64,000 nt of DNA from Leidyana gryllorum EB-2025a (taxonomy: Eukaryota > Protista > Apicomplexa), in contig JBLWGC010000230.1 in NCBI GenBank assembly GCA_048772705.1, forward strand, positions 1,302,001-1,366,000. The letters are read 5' to 3'. The position numbers and the translations under genes were made by a program. The notes beneath the pieces are model-generated. The model searched no databases. It had not been told where the DNA came from and saw nothing but the letters and a program-made list of their open reading frames with translations. Below, in pieces: positions 39,001-48,532 of this stretch (positions within the stretch are counted from its first letter, which is position 1; each line of letters begins with the position of its first letter).

Positions 39001-40771
39001 CGCGAGTGACGGGACTGCTCGATCCGTTATATCTGTCGATGATGAAGATTCACCCTGTACAGTCATCGATATCTCAGCCACCCCTCCGGCAACTCCCGCT
39101 TCGCTTCCCGCCAAAGACCATTGCGTGATCGATGTGAACGACTCGCCACCCCGTGCAGGGCGGGAGGACAAATCGTGTGATGATGTGAGGAGTCGAGACA
39201 GCGATGTCGAAATCATCGAATCACCTCGACATGTAGTGAATTATCTGACTGACCGTAACAGAGGTGGCGAACTTTCCTTTCGGACTCCACCAAGCTGCAA
39301 TGTAAATACAATACCTTCCGTTGTACCAGTCCAGACAGCAAAGTCGTGCCCTGTGAGACACGCTCTTTCCCCTGACCTGTCACCAAGTCCGCAGATATCT
39401 CGTCCCGCAGGCGCACCCCCACCGCCCCCTCTCTCTGCGTTGGCACGTCTCCACGTCCCGACGAACGAGCAGACCTCAGCAGTTCTGACCACTCCCCGAC
39501 CAACCGGAACTGATCGTGAATCGACACCCGGAGCCACAGCAGAGTCGCCGAAGATTGTTGGCTTCTCGCCGAAGATTGTTGCCTCATCGCCAAAATCCGC
39601 CGGCTTCTCGCCAAAGATTGTTGCCCCATCGCCAAAATCCGCCGGCTTCTCGCCAAAGATTGTTGCCCCATCGCCAAAATCCGCCGGCTTCTCGCCAAAG
39701 ATTGTTGCCCCATCGCCAAAATCCGCCGGCTTCTCGCCAAAGATTGTTGCCCCATCGCCAAAGGCCATTTGTGTACAGCCGACTTCTCGAGTGACGGAGA
39801 GATCTGAGGATACTGACAGTGTGCGAAGCTCGCCGAACTGTCCGCTCGTGACCCCTCGCCCAGATTCGGTGGAAGGAGTGTCGAGCCCCATATCGCACGA
39901 AGTCGGTCGCATAGTCGCAGAGTTGAGAAGAACGGAAGCCCACTTTAATTATAATGCCGTTCCAAAGTCCGCATTGCATGAATACTATACTGAAACTCCT
40001 ATGTCCACGTTACAATTGGGATTTGAGCCCCGTATTGGGTTACCAGCTGAATGCTTAGATCAGTACATGTGTACCTTGGCGCTATGTTGGGGGTGTTGTC
40101 GCTTCGGCGAGCGATTTGGTTTCTTACTACCGGCTCCAGAGACATCGCGTTCTCATGAGCAGTGCGATGCGAACGCAATATTCGACGGTATCACCCGACT
40201 GTTGCAGTTCCCCGAAGAAATGGAACAGTTATGGGAGATGGTGACAGTACTCGGTTTATTACTCGATGAACCATCTGTTGGAGTCCAAGACGTTGAGAGA
40301 TACGTTGAGAAGTTGCGGGCTACACCGTTGATGGAGATGCTGACTTTCCTTCACTCTGTGGGAGGAGTGAAACCGCGCGAAGTTGTGGCTGCAGCGTTTC
40401 ACAAATCGATTCTAACTACGTCAGAATTGAGTCAGATCCTTCGATTTTGGGATCTGGACTCACGAACTCGCACCTACAAGTCGCTACGGTTGCCATCAAA
40501 TAAGCAATGGTCAGGATCTTCTGCCTCGTCTTCGAGTCGTGCGGGACGAGCAGCTGAAGGCCCTACGCCCCGGCCCAATGCCTTTGATAGGTTGTCAGAA
40601 GGTCAAGAGGTCGGGCCTATGTGGCAGGCAGCCGAGTTGACTGGTGATCCTATCCCACCAAACCGCGTCCTGGGCCGAGCAGACTCGTATGCAGTGATCG
40701 GAGAAAGTGTTGGACACAATGTGAGGCGGTTTCCGAGCAACGTTAGTGAACCTTGGGAAGATCATTTATGA
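1..40771 (+). CDS. Giant protein of unknown function, at least 13,573 aa, probably 5'-incomplete; exon <=1..38653, intron 38654..38702, exon 38703..40771
   Basis: Frame 1 is open from base 1 (STEKFNFERWIITRRYIFFL precedes the ATG at 61) and stop-free to 38661. GTAAGT at 38654 and TGTAG ending at 38702 define a 49-nt phase-1 intron; C|AA CTG TTG CCT joins the frame of ORF 38687..40771, whose listed start is a non-ATG TTG. Confidence 0.85.
9439..9612 (+). repeat. 21-bp coding tandem repeat (VRPPTQN, about 8 copies)
   Basis: gttcg(g/a)cctccaacgcaaaat units visible directly. Confidence 0.9.
17029..17145 (+). repeat. Poly-Glu/Asp acidic tract (GAA/GAG/GAC)
   Basis: About 38-residue run EEEEEEDEEEEED... 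Confidence 0.9.
19800..21500 (+). repeat. FG-repeat-like array (MTGSLFGQPTSTTTGDTAASG / GGLFG) with a 237-bp higher-order unit
   Basis: Repeated atgactggatcactctttggcca; identical antisense ORFs begin at 20445, 20682 and 20919 (period 237 nt = 79 aa). Confidence 0.92.
21766..21836 (+). repeat. Short (P)SSIF(A/G) repeat, about 4 copies
   Basis: tcatcaatatttgcccct units. Confidence 0.75.
24625..24710 (+). repeat. 15-bp perfect coding repeat (KPTDA, 5-6 copies)
   Basis: aagccgacggacgca tandem. Confidence 0.92.
28135..28280 (+). repeat. 54-bp coding repeat (DVIVLPPPPPAPVSVGST, about 2.7 copies)
   Basis: gacgtaatcgtacttcctcccccgccaccggcac repeated. Confidence 0.9.
33013..33240 (+). repeat. 27-bp coding repeat (ADxSESEGQ, about 8 copies)
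   Basis: gagagtgagggtcaggcaga units. Confidence 0.9.
35038..35900 (+). repeat. Y(A/D)TRHG(S/R)PD nonapeptide array with a 138-bp higher-order repeat
   Basis: gagcacgtaattagtccgga at 35281, 35419, 35557 and 35695 (period 138 nt = 46 aa). Confidence 0.92.
36088..37200 (+). repeat. Composite repeat VDSPALALTPPLDEDDENVF + (VGRDG(D/N)VLMVKDRxxxDYRPA)n, five units
   Basis: gtcgactcgccagctctc at 36088, 36355, 36559, 36763 and 37030 (spacings 267, 204, 204, 267; difference is one 63-bp subunit). Confidence 0.92.
38374..38490 (+). repeat. (Y)EESPP repeat, 4 copies
   Basis: EESPPDGIVFYEESPPQDTIIFYEESPPQDYPYEESPP. Confidence 0.8.
39545..39763 (+). repeat. 42-bp coding repeat (FSPKIVAPSPKSAG, about 5 copies)
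   Basis: ggcttctcgccaaagattgttgccccatcgccaaaatccgcc tandem. Confidence 0.92.
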
Positions 40772-40795
40772 ATGGGAATTTAGACCGGAAAAGTT

Positions 40796-41738
40796 ATGAG
40801 AATTTGGTTGCTGCACCTGTATCCCCTGCTTGCCTTGGGCGCGGGGGGCAGTGCAAGCCACAATGCCGTTAGTATTAGACTGGCGAGCTATAACAATGAA
40901 GACGTCACCGCCAACATAAAAGCTTTAGCTGCCCTGGGTCGAGGTGTTAACAACTTTGAGTTGGTACATTTGACTCCGACACCAACCTCAGCTTTGTCCA
41001 CCTATGTGACCCACTTTACTCCATCAGAAAAAGAGGACCTGCACGGATGGTTGTACAGCCGCTATAGGAACATTAGTGCCATTTTGCCAATCCGATCTTT
41101 GATATTCAGTGACCCCATGGACACCGCTCTGGATCTGTGTGGTTCACTGAGTCGGCAAGGCTTAGACAGCTTGAACTTTGTTATCGATGACTTGAGTTTT
41201 GAGTTGAAACATTTGACACGAGGTGACATCAGATGGCTGATCCCTTTCCTGGCCACCTGTCATACTGAAGTTCCTACCTTGAGCTTGACGCTCCCGCCCA
41301 AACTTTTGACCCCAACTACCCGAGAGGGGAACAGCTTCTTTCCTGTGTTCAGAGCAGTCAATACATTGGTGCATAAGGTGTATCTTCAGTATTTTGGACA
41401 GGTAGGTGGTGCAAGGGATAAAAGCAGAATTACTACTATGGCAGACAGAAAGTTTGTACAACAACATGACTGAGATATTTGCCAGACCCGATACTGGCTG
41501 GGACGCGATCGTGCAAAGAACATTCCCTTGGTTCAAAGGAGGTGCTAGGCGTTTGGTGGTATCAAAATCCTTGGAAACTGGCAGCGACGGATTTGTTGCT
41601 GCAAAACAGTTGAAGGCTATTCTTTGTTCTGCCACACAGGAGTTCGGATATTCGGGCGACGTGAGTGTGGACTACATCGCTCCTTTGAAGAAAACAGCAC
41701 AACAAATTGAGGTTCTAGCTGGTCCATGCCATAAATGA
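40796..41738 (+). CDS. Secreted protein, probably a degenerate GH18 chitinase-like TIM barrel (299 aa; intron 41402..41444)
   Basis: Signal peptide MRIWLLHLYPLLALG. A 43-nt GTAGGT..GCAG intron joins ORFs 40796 and 41406 in frame. GLDSLNFVIDD, VYLQYFGQ, RLVVSK..GFV and GYSGDVSVDY echo GH18 strands (xDGxDxDxE, NVQFYNQ, KLVIGKP..GY, GGVMxW). Confidence 0.55.
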
Positions 41739-42106
41739 GCTGGAAACAAGCCGCTTGGATTGGAGCCGCTGCGGGCACAATTATCGCAGCCTTCGCTGCC
41801 TATGACAAGGTGGACCGCGACAAACGTCTGGCTGACGAGTTGGAGGTGGCCAAACGGCCGAAACCTGGTCAGCGCTATGGTCAATTCGAATGCCCTAACT
41901 GCCACCACCAGTGGGATTCGGCATTCGCTTGGGTTGGGGAACGTCAAGCTTGCAAAAAGTGCTCCACTTGGGCCGTACCATACAGCCTAGAGAACTTGGA
42001 GGGTCGAGTCCTCGCCAATCTTCGCATCAAGCATTCCCATCACCCAGAACGATGTACCCGTTGTATCAAGTATCAGACGAACTGTGCAATGGAGCACCGT
42101 GACTAG
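41735..42106 (+). CDS. 3CxxC zinc-finger protein (ZCCHC24/ZAR1/RTP-type domain) with N-terminal hydrophobic anchor
   Basis: YGQFECPNCHHQWDSAFAW..QACKKC..VPY..H.PERCTRC..C matches the zf-3CxxC pattern. Confidence 0.75.
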   Translation: MSWKQAAWIGAAAGTIIAAFAAYDKVDRDKRLADELEVAKRPKPGQRYGQFECPNCHHQWDSAFAWVGERQACKKCSTWAVPYSLENLEGRVLANLRIKHSHHPERCTRCIKYQTNCAMEHRD

Positions 42107-43834
42107 AATGATTTGCCACGCAATGCAGCGAAGCGAGGATCTGTTCGAATAATCTCAGCAGCTGCTGGTCCCTCATCCACCGCATTCTTTTTCCCGCCCT
42201 TTTTCTTCTTGCTAATAGGCAATTGCTTCTTGCCTCGCCGACGCCGCCGACTTGTGCCGTCTTCGTCTGACGACGAAGAGGGCGACATGACGTCCATCAA
42301 ACTTCCTGCTTTCCCGACGATCTTTTCGTCCGTCTCCCCATCCGATGGTAACCCAGTGGCTTCTTCGTCATCACTCTCTTTGCCGATCAATGGGAACTGT
42401 AAAAGCAATGAAACAAAACCGAAACCAAAATGTCTCTCACCTCTTTCGTCTTGCGCTTCTTCGGAGGCGCCGCGGATGGCGCCGTCTGTTGCTCACTCGC
42501 GGCCGAAACGAAGAAGTCATCGTCGTCTCCCGCCGCCGTTTCGTCAGTGGCTGCAGCAGCCGCGTCGCCGAGGAGGGCTTTTCTGAAAGTGTCTACATCC
42601 TCCGGATCTTCTCCGTCATCTTCATCAGCTGAAGACGCCAGGTACTCTTTCAGATCCATACGAGCCAATTCGTCTGCGCTGAATTTCTTTCGTAACAGCT
42701 TGATGCGCTTGGCGGGTGTCTCGTCCCAGTTGAGCTTGGCTCGGCTGTGTTTGAGAGCTGTCGAAAACGCCGACGGCGGACTATACTTCTCCGATACAGT
42801 CTCGGACTCGTCCTTTGCTGCGTACGGAGGCACAATGTCATCCGGAACGAAGCGAAGATCGAGACCGTCAACGCAAAAGTCTGCATCCATTCCATCGAGC
42901 TGTTCATACAGCTTATCTCCCACTTCCACGGAGGAGCACTCTACGATTGCATAGTGATATTGCGCCCTCTCCTTTTGGTACTTTCGAATTGCCAAAGCCG
43001 TCACGGCATCGACCTCCCCGTCGTTCTCGTCGTTCTGACGTCGCGCCTTCTCTGACAACTCCAGAGCCTCCAACCGAGGACCCTCCCGCTTCTCCTGTTC
43101 CATTCGCTTCATTCCGAACTCAGAAGGATATATAGAAACTTTGAGAATGTCACTCGCCATATCCGATAGCGCTGACCGGCACATCACCAACAAATCTGTT
43201 GCACATAGATTATCCCAATCCAATCCCAATATGGCCACTCGTCGACTGGGCTCTCCCCTCGGGGCAGCCGCCTCCTCGTTGGTCCACACCTCCTCGCCTA
43301 ACTGGTCCACCAGCGCCTCATTCTCGTCGTCAGAGGAGTCATCGTCTGACGACGAGCTTTGAGACGAGGCATCAGCATATGAGGCCCCGCCTTTGCTTTT
43401 GTCCTTCCCCGGCCGTCTCTCAGCGTCAGAAGAAGAGTCCTCGTCCTCCTCAGAGGAAGAAGTTGCGCTCGCGTCCCAATGGAACTTCTCATCCTCGCTG
43501 GCCGAGTCGGTGAACGGCTTGGAGGAGGGGATGTCTTTCGCGAGGGTTTCGGAGACCTTTCGCTTCTTCCGCTTGCCGGTGTCCAAGACGAGGTGGCGGC
43601 GAGGGTCGAGGGTCTCGTTTGAAACATCGATCACTCCTCTTCCCGTCACATCGCGCTTCAGGGTTCTGGTGAAACGAGCATCCTCGAAAAGCCTGAAAAT
43701 CTGATTTAGAAACAATCACATCCTGAACCAACTCACGGTGCGAATCTTTCGTCTAAGACTGTCTTGGAATCCTTCTGATTCGGCTTTCTGAACGCGAGGT
43801 CGCGCTTGACCCTCTTGAAGCGGCCATCGACCAT
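42103..43834 (-). CDS. ESF1: Pre-rRNA-processing protein ESF1 homolog (introns 43693..43736 and 42397..42440)
   Basis: DGRF..F.KP..KTVLDERF N-terminus; RRVAILGLDWDNLCATDL, KVSIYPSEFG, IRKYQKERAQYHYAIVEC, YEQLDGMD..LDLRFVPDD, LNWDETP, LKEYLASS; NUC153-like DPRFAAL; two 44-nt GT-AG introns restore frame. Confidence 0.9.
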
Positions 43835-43860
43835 TGGCCCTGCTTTCTGAAAAAAAATTG

Positions 43861-45268
43861 ATGGGGGGCGACTATGATTCTGAGCCTCGCGACCCCCAAA
43901 ACCCCTTCCTATGGCCATTCTATCGTGTTGTCACCGACGGATCGTAAGCGGCAAGGTGCCTATGTATGTGGATTTTGAATTAGCCGACGCACCAAGCGAT
44001 TGAGAGTTGATCGACCAGCTTCGCTCCTGCTCAAGGATCAACCGCTCGGCCCATGTTATCACTCCTTGCTGTCCCGTCATGCGTTTCCAAATGGAGAAGT
44101 CTCGATATATACAGACATTGGCGGGCGCAAAGCTCAAGAAGATCGATTCACCTTTAATCCTACTCTAGGAGGACGGGAGGACTGCTCGCTCCTCGGTGTG
44201 TTCGATGGTACAGTGGGTGATTTCGCCTCTGAACATGTCAAATCTTTTGTCGTCCCGCATTTGCTGGCCGCCCCTTCGTGGGCAAAAGTCATTGCGCTTC
44301 TCGATGAACCCCGCCATGCTACTCCCGCAACCGTTCCGACACCGTCCGATAACACAGCGACCGGTGCCGAGGAGCAATTTGAAGAATTTAAACTCTTCCC
44401 TGCGCTCGCGGATGCTGTAGATGAGATGTACTTAGGGGCAGACTCCGAACTAGTTTCGGCGTGCGCCGCCAATCGGCAGCACTATGCTTCGTCTACCGCA
44501 GTGGTGGCAGTAATCGCTTCGAATTGCTGTGCCGTTGGACACTTGGTAACCATGGAAACCCACTATCTCTTGGTAGACCTGTACGTACACAGGGTGACAG
44601 TCGTGCTGCGTTGGGGCACTTTGGTCAGAATGAGGTGTTCGGCAATTTCATCACAGACGATCATAAGCCAAATCAATTCTATGAACGTACCCGTATTCGG
44701 GTAAGACATCCACATGCTTATGCGGAGACACGTGTTTTCATAGCATTCTGGTGGATCGGTGGAGTACCTTCACAATCACAACAACAAACCGTTCATCCGC
44801 GGAGGTGATTTTGCACTACGCAAAGCCCGTGGGGAACAGCCCATGCAACTACAATACAGCCGTGCATTCGGTGGCAAAGATCTGAAAACATTTGGATTGT
44901 CTAACGAACCTGATATCATTTGCTTCCGCATTGAACCCTTTCATTGCTGTTTAATCTTGGCCTCTGATGGCCTTTGGGACGTACTGGACGCGCCTACAGC
45001 CGTCCGGCTGGCTTTATCCGCCCGGCTTGCTGGTTAGTTCATGCTTCTTGCCTTTGTGTTGTGCAAACGAACGTGTGATTTGCCAGGACGGGACCCGGCC
45101 CGCGAAGTGGTGGAAACGGTCATCAATCATCAATCGTCTAGAAGACAGACGGCTGATAATGTGACTGCATTGGTGCATTTCTTTAATACAGTGGAAAATG
45201 CGAATGTTGAGCAAGACCCAGCTCTCCGACAGTTGTACAGTGGTGTTTTGAACGAGGGTGGTGTGTAG
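43861..45268 (+). CDS. PP2C/PPM-family Ser/Thr protein phosphatase (introns 43944..43983, 44546..44592, 44701..44743, 45033..45086)
   Basis: GGRKAQEDR, GVFDGTVG, SSTA, HLGDSRA, DHKP..ERTRI, SRAFGG, EPDI, LILASDGLWD and DNVT motifs; all introns GT-AG and in frame. Confidence 0.93.
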
Positions 45269-45296
45269 CACTACAAGGATATAGATAGAAAAGGAG

Positions 45297-46355
45297 TTAC
45301 TCTCCTTCTTCGTCCTCGAAGTCGTAGTCGTCGTCATCGTCTTCCTCTCCCGCGTCATGCGTGACAAACAAACCACTGAATAGGAGGAGAAGGTATACAT
45401 TCTGCCACTACAGGATGTCTTTGACTTACCCGAACGCTGTTTCTGTAACTTCCGCTGTAGCTGTGTGAGGCTTGCCCTGGCCACCTGTCTTGCTCTGCGT
45501 CCTCTCTTCTTTCTCCAGGGTGAGTGTGCGGACGACTTTTTCCGAAGGCAAGAAACCAGCTTTGAGCGCGTACGCATGGATGGTGTACTGGCCCGGGGCA
45601 GAGAGAGGCGGTGGCTGTCTCCGGTTGTACTGTGAAGATAGGATTTGCACCGAGAGAGTGATATTGTCCAATGTGTCTTACCCGACGCATCTGACCTTCG
45701 CCAATGGCGAAGCATATCTCCGCATCCGGTGTCTCGCACGTGAGCACCAGATCGTAGGCGGTTCCATAGCCCTCTTGCACGAGCGATGAGACTTGTGGTG
45801 GGGCGCCTGCAAGGGAGACACAATGATATATAGACTTGGAAGGGTAGAGTAGCTCACATCGGACGCGTCCGTCACTGTGCCCACTGGTACAGAGAGTCGA
45901 CAGGAGCATTTTCTCTTGATCCGGGCAGGGGAAGACATAGCCAGGTACACAGAGAGCGTCCGCCCCGGACGGATCATTGTACTCCGGAGGAGGACGTGTG
46001 AAGGCACCGAGCCGTCGGGCCAGACCCTGAAGAGTGCCGACTCTCAATCCCTCTGAAGAGACGTGACACTTTGGTCGCGGGCGGGTGGAGTGGTCTCACC
46101 TGTGATTTCTATCGTCTTCTGTTTCTCCAGACACGACTTATATATCGGCTCGAGGAGGTCTCGGGTCTCGAGTAGCTTACCGAGGAACTCATGGTGTGTT
46201 TCCAGATTGATGTCCTCAGTGTCCAGCAGTCGATTCACAGCACTGGCAAGACGGGCTGGTGAGGCATCATCTTGCGGAGAAGACTTTGGGAGTGACTGGC
46301 GTTGGGTTTGCCACGTATCCTTCACCCTCTCAAGTATACTGCCCAACTCCTCCAT
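45297..46355 (-). CDS. Multi-exon protein with a chitobiase/beta-hexosaminidase C-terminal (CHB_HEX_C_1, Fn3-associated)-like domain and acidic tail
   Basis: Spliced model (first intron 46053..46099) gives APPQVS..YDLVLTCETPDAEICFAIG..YN..P.L..PGQYTIHAYALKAGFLPSEKV; ends EEDDDDDYDFEDEEGE-stop at 45297. Confidence 0.6.
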
Positions 46356-46392
46356 TCCATTTTGACTCTACAATCAATTTCTTTTTGTTAGG

Positions 46393-46995
46393 ATGGACGA
46401 GGAAGCTGCAGAGCGACGAAGGCTACAAGCGCGGAGGGAGCGGCGGAAGCGGAATCTGATCGGGGAACAAAAGTCGAGGTTGGAGGTCACAGGTGGTGGA
46501 GCCGATGAAGTGGAAGAGGCTCTCAAATCGCCGACAGAGGAGGAAGAGGCTAAGGAGTTACACACTTCCCTCATGCCCGCTCCAATGGTTATACTGCGGA
46601 TCAAGACCCTAACGAGAGCTATAAATGTCCTGGCGTTGTTCCCTTTGGCGTACTGGTGTGCCCTGCGTAGCTATCAGCGTCGTTTGGCTAGTTGGTCATT
46701 GTCCGGGATGGAAGTACCACACACTGGGGCTATGTACTATTTTCTGGCGCTGGAGTTGGTTTGTGCGGTGATCATCAACGCCGACGTCAGTATTGGCATC
46801 TGGCTCGGCTGGAAAGCACCTAACAAGCGGTTTCTCAGCCAATCTTTTGGTCTCCCCAAGTGGGTGGACGACCTCTTGGTGTGGAAAGATCCGGCGTGGG
46901 CGGTCGGATCAGTGGTTGTCTCGATATTCAAGGACCTCATGGCTTTCATGGTCCTTTATCAGCTCGCCAGAGCGCTTGTTAGCCTAACCCATTGA
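46393..46995 (+). CDS. GET2/CAML-like tail-anchored-protein insertase subunit (putative)
   Basis: N-terminal AAERRRLQARRERRKRNL...SRLEVTG resembles the basic Get3-binding RERR..SRL motif; three C-terminal hydrophobic segments. Confidence 0.55.
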   Translation: MDEEAAERRRLQARRERRKRNLIGEQKSRLEVTGGGADEVEEALKSPTEEEEAKELHTSLMPAPMVILRIKTLTRAINVLALFPLAYWCALRSYQRRLASWSLSGMEVPHTGAMYYFLALELVCAVIINADVSIGIWLGWKAPNKRFLSQSFGLPKWVDDLLVWKDPAWAVGSVVVSIFKDLMAFMVLYQLARALVSLTH

Positions 46996-47075
46996 TAGAC
47001 CTTAGGACACGACAACTAAAAAAATATTTGCAGAGCAGTCCTGACAAATAAAGTTCGACGGTGGCAGACGAGGAG

Positions 47076-47712
47076 ATGGCTGAGGTCCAGCATATGAAGA
47101 AGGCCGAGAACCCCATGCGGGAGATTCGTATCGAGAAACTCGTCCTCGATATTTGCGTTGGCGAGGTAAGCTCAATCATTCAAGCACTTTACGAACATTA
47201 CCCTCTCTTTTAGTCCGGCGATAGACTCACTCGTGCGGCTAAGGTGCTCGAGCAGCTCACTGGCCAGAAACCCGTGCTCTCCAAGGGTAAGCACTCCACT
47301 CCGTCGCCTCTCCCCTACTCTCTCCTTCCCCAATGCAGCACGCCTCACTATCCGTTCTTTCGGTATCCGAAGAAACGAGAAAATCGCTTGCCACGTGACT
47401 GTCCGTGGTGACAAGGCCGCTGAGATCCTCGAGAAGGGCCTCCGCGTGAAGGAGTACGAGCTCAAGAAGCGCTGCTTCAGCAACACCGGCAACTTTGGTT
47501 TCGGTATCCACGAGCACATCGATCTTGGCATCAAGTACGACCCCAACGTTGGTATCTACGGTCTCAACTTCTTCGTCCACCTTGCTCGCCCTGGTGGCCG
47601 TGTCGCCACTCGCCGCTCCCAGAGAGCCCGTGTTGGCAACAGCCATAAGGTCACCAAGGAGGACTCCCAGCGCTGGTTCGTTCAGAAGTTCGAAGGTGTG
47701 CTTCTTGACTAA
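47076..47712 (+). CDS. RPL11: 60S ribosomal protein L11 (uL5); introns 47166..47213 and 47287..47338
   Basis: [19 protein letters not shown]|[51 protein letters not shown]; strongly C/T-ending codons. Confidence 0.98.
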
Positions 47713-47971
47713 ATAGTATGTTGCGTACTCTGCCACCAACCATCGTCGAAACAACTGACTAGCCTCTGCGCAAACTAATTGGCACTTGAAAAACCCTCCA
47801 CAGTACTGAGTGGGAGAAGGGAGAGCAGAGAGAGAGAGCAAAGAGAGAGTCTGTCTCGAGGCACTCTCAGCTCAGCTCAGCACATCTGTGGTCCCCTCTG
47901 CCCACCACTATTGCACTAAAACCCTTCTGTTGACCAGCTCGGCACTTGAGCCTCCACACAAAAAAGAGAGT

Positions 47972-48526
47972 ATGGATGTAGTTGGTCAGCATGTCAAGGG
48001 TGGCTTGCGTCGGTTGAACCAATGCGTACTCGAGGTCACAACCAAACTGTTACCGCTGCTAGCCGCCCACGAGGAGGGAGTGACAGAGGAAACCGGGCCC
48101 GAGTTTCGGGCAGTCAGGTCATTGATAGTTAAAGCGGTACGCCTCAATCCTTGCAACGTTGCAGCACTTTCACTTGACTTACACACCTAATAGGAAGCAG
48201 AGCTGGTCAAATTAGACGCTTTATTGGGTTCGGCTTCGGAGGGCGGTTCCTGTTGGAATCGTGTTTTGTACCCGTTGGAGGGGGCCAGTCACCTGAGCTT
48301 ATCTGCCAACCTGGCACAGGGCCGGCGTGACATTCTAGCTGCACGTATTGCCATCTGCCTTGACATATTAATGGGTCTACTTGTGGGGGACATTAGGTTA
48401 GAGCAAGCAACAAGAGCCACAATGCAGATTGGAGCGTGGCTGGAAGAGGAAGTAGACTGGAATCGTGTGGCTCCCGTGGAAGTACCTCAGTGTTCATTGC
48501 TAGCGGCTCACATAGCCACTCGCTAA
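47972..48526 (+). CDS. Hypothetical protein (intron 48137..48193)
   Basis: ATG after an A-run; a 57-nt GTACGC..ATAG intron removes the stop between same-frame ORFs 47810 and 48224. Confidence 0.55.
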
Positions 48527-48532
48527 AATCAA

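Noticed and set aside
38687-40771. Independent 694-aa gene
   Set aside because: The listed start is TTG inside a canonical intron; it is better explained as the last exon of the giant gene
47810-47860. GA-rich tract as an ORF start or ncRNA
   Set aside because: Simple low-complexity intergenic sequence; the GTG start is not credible in this eukaryote
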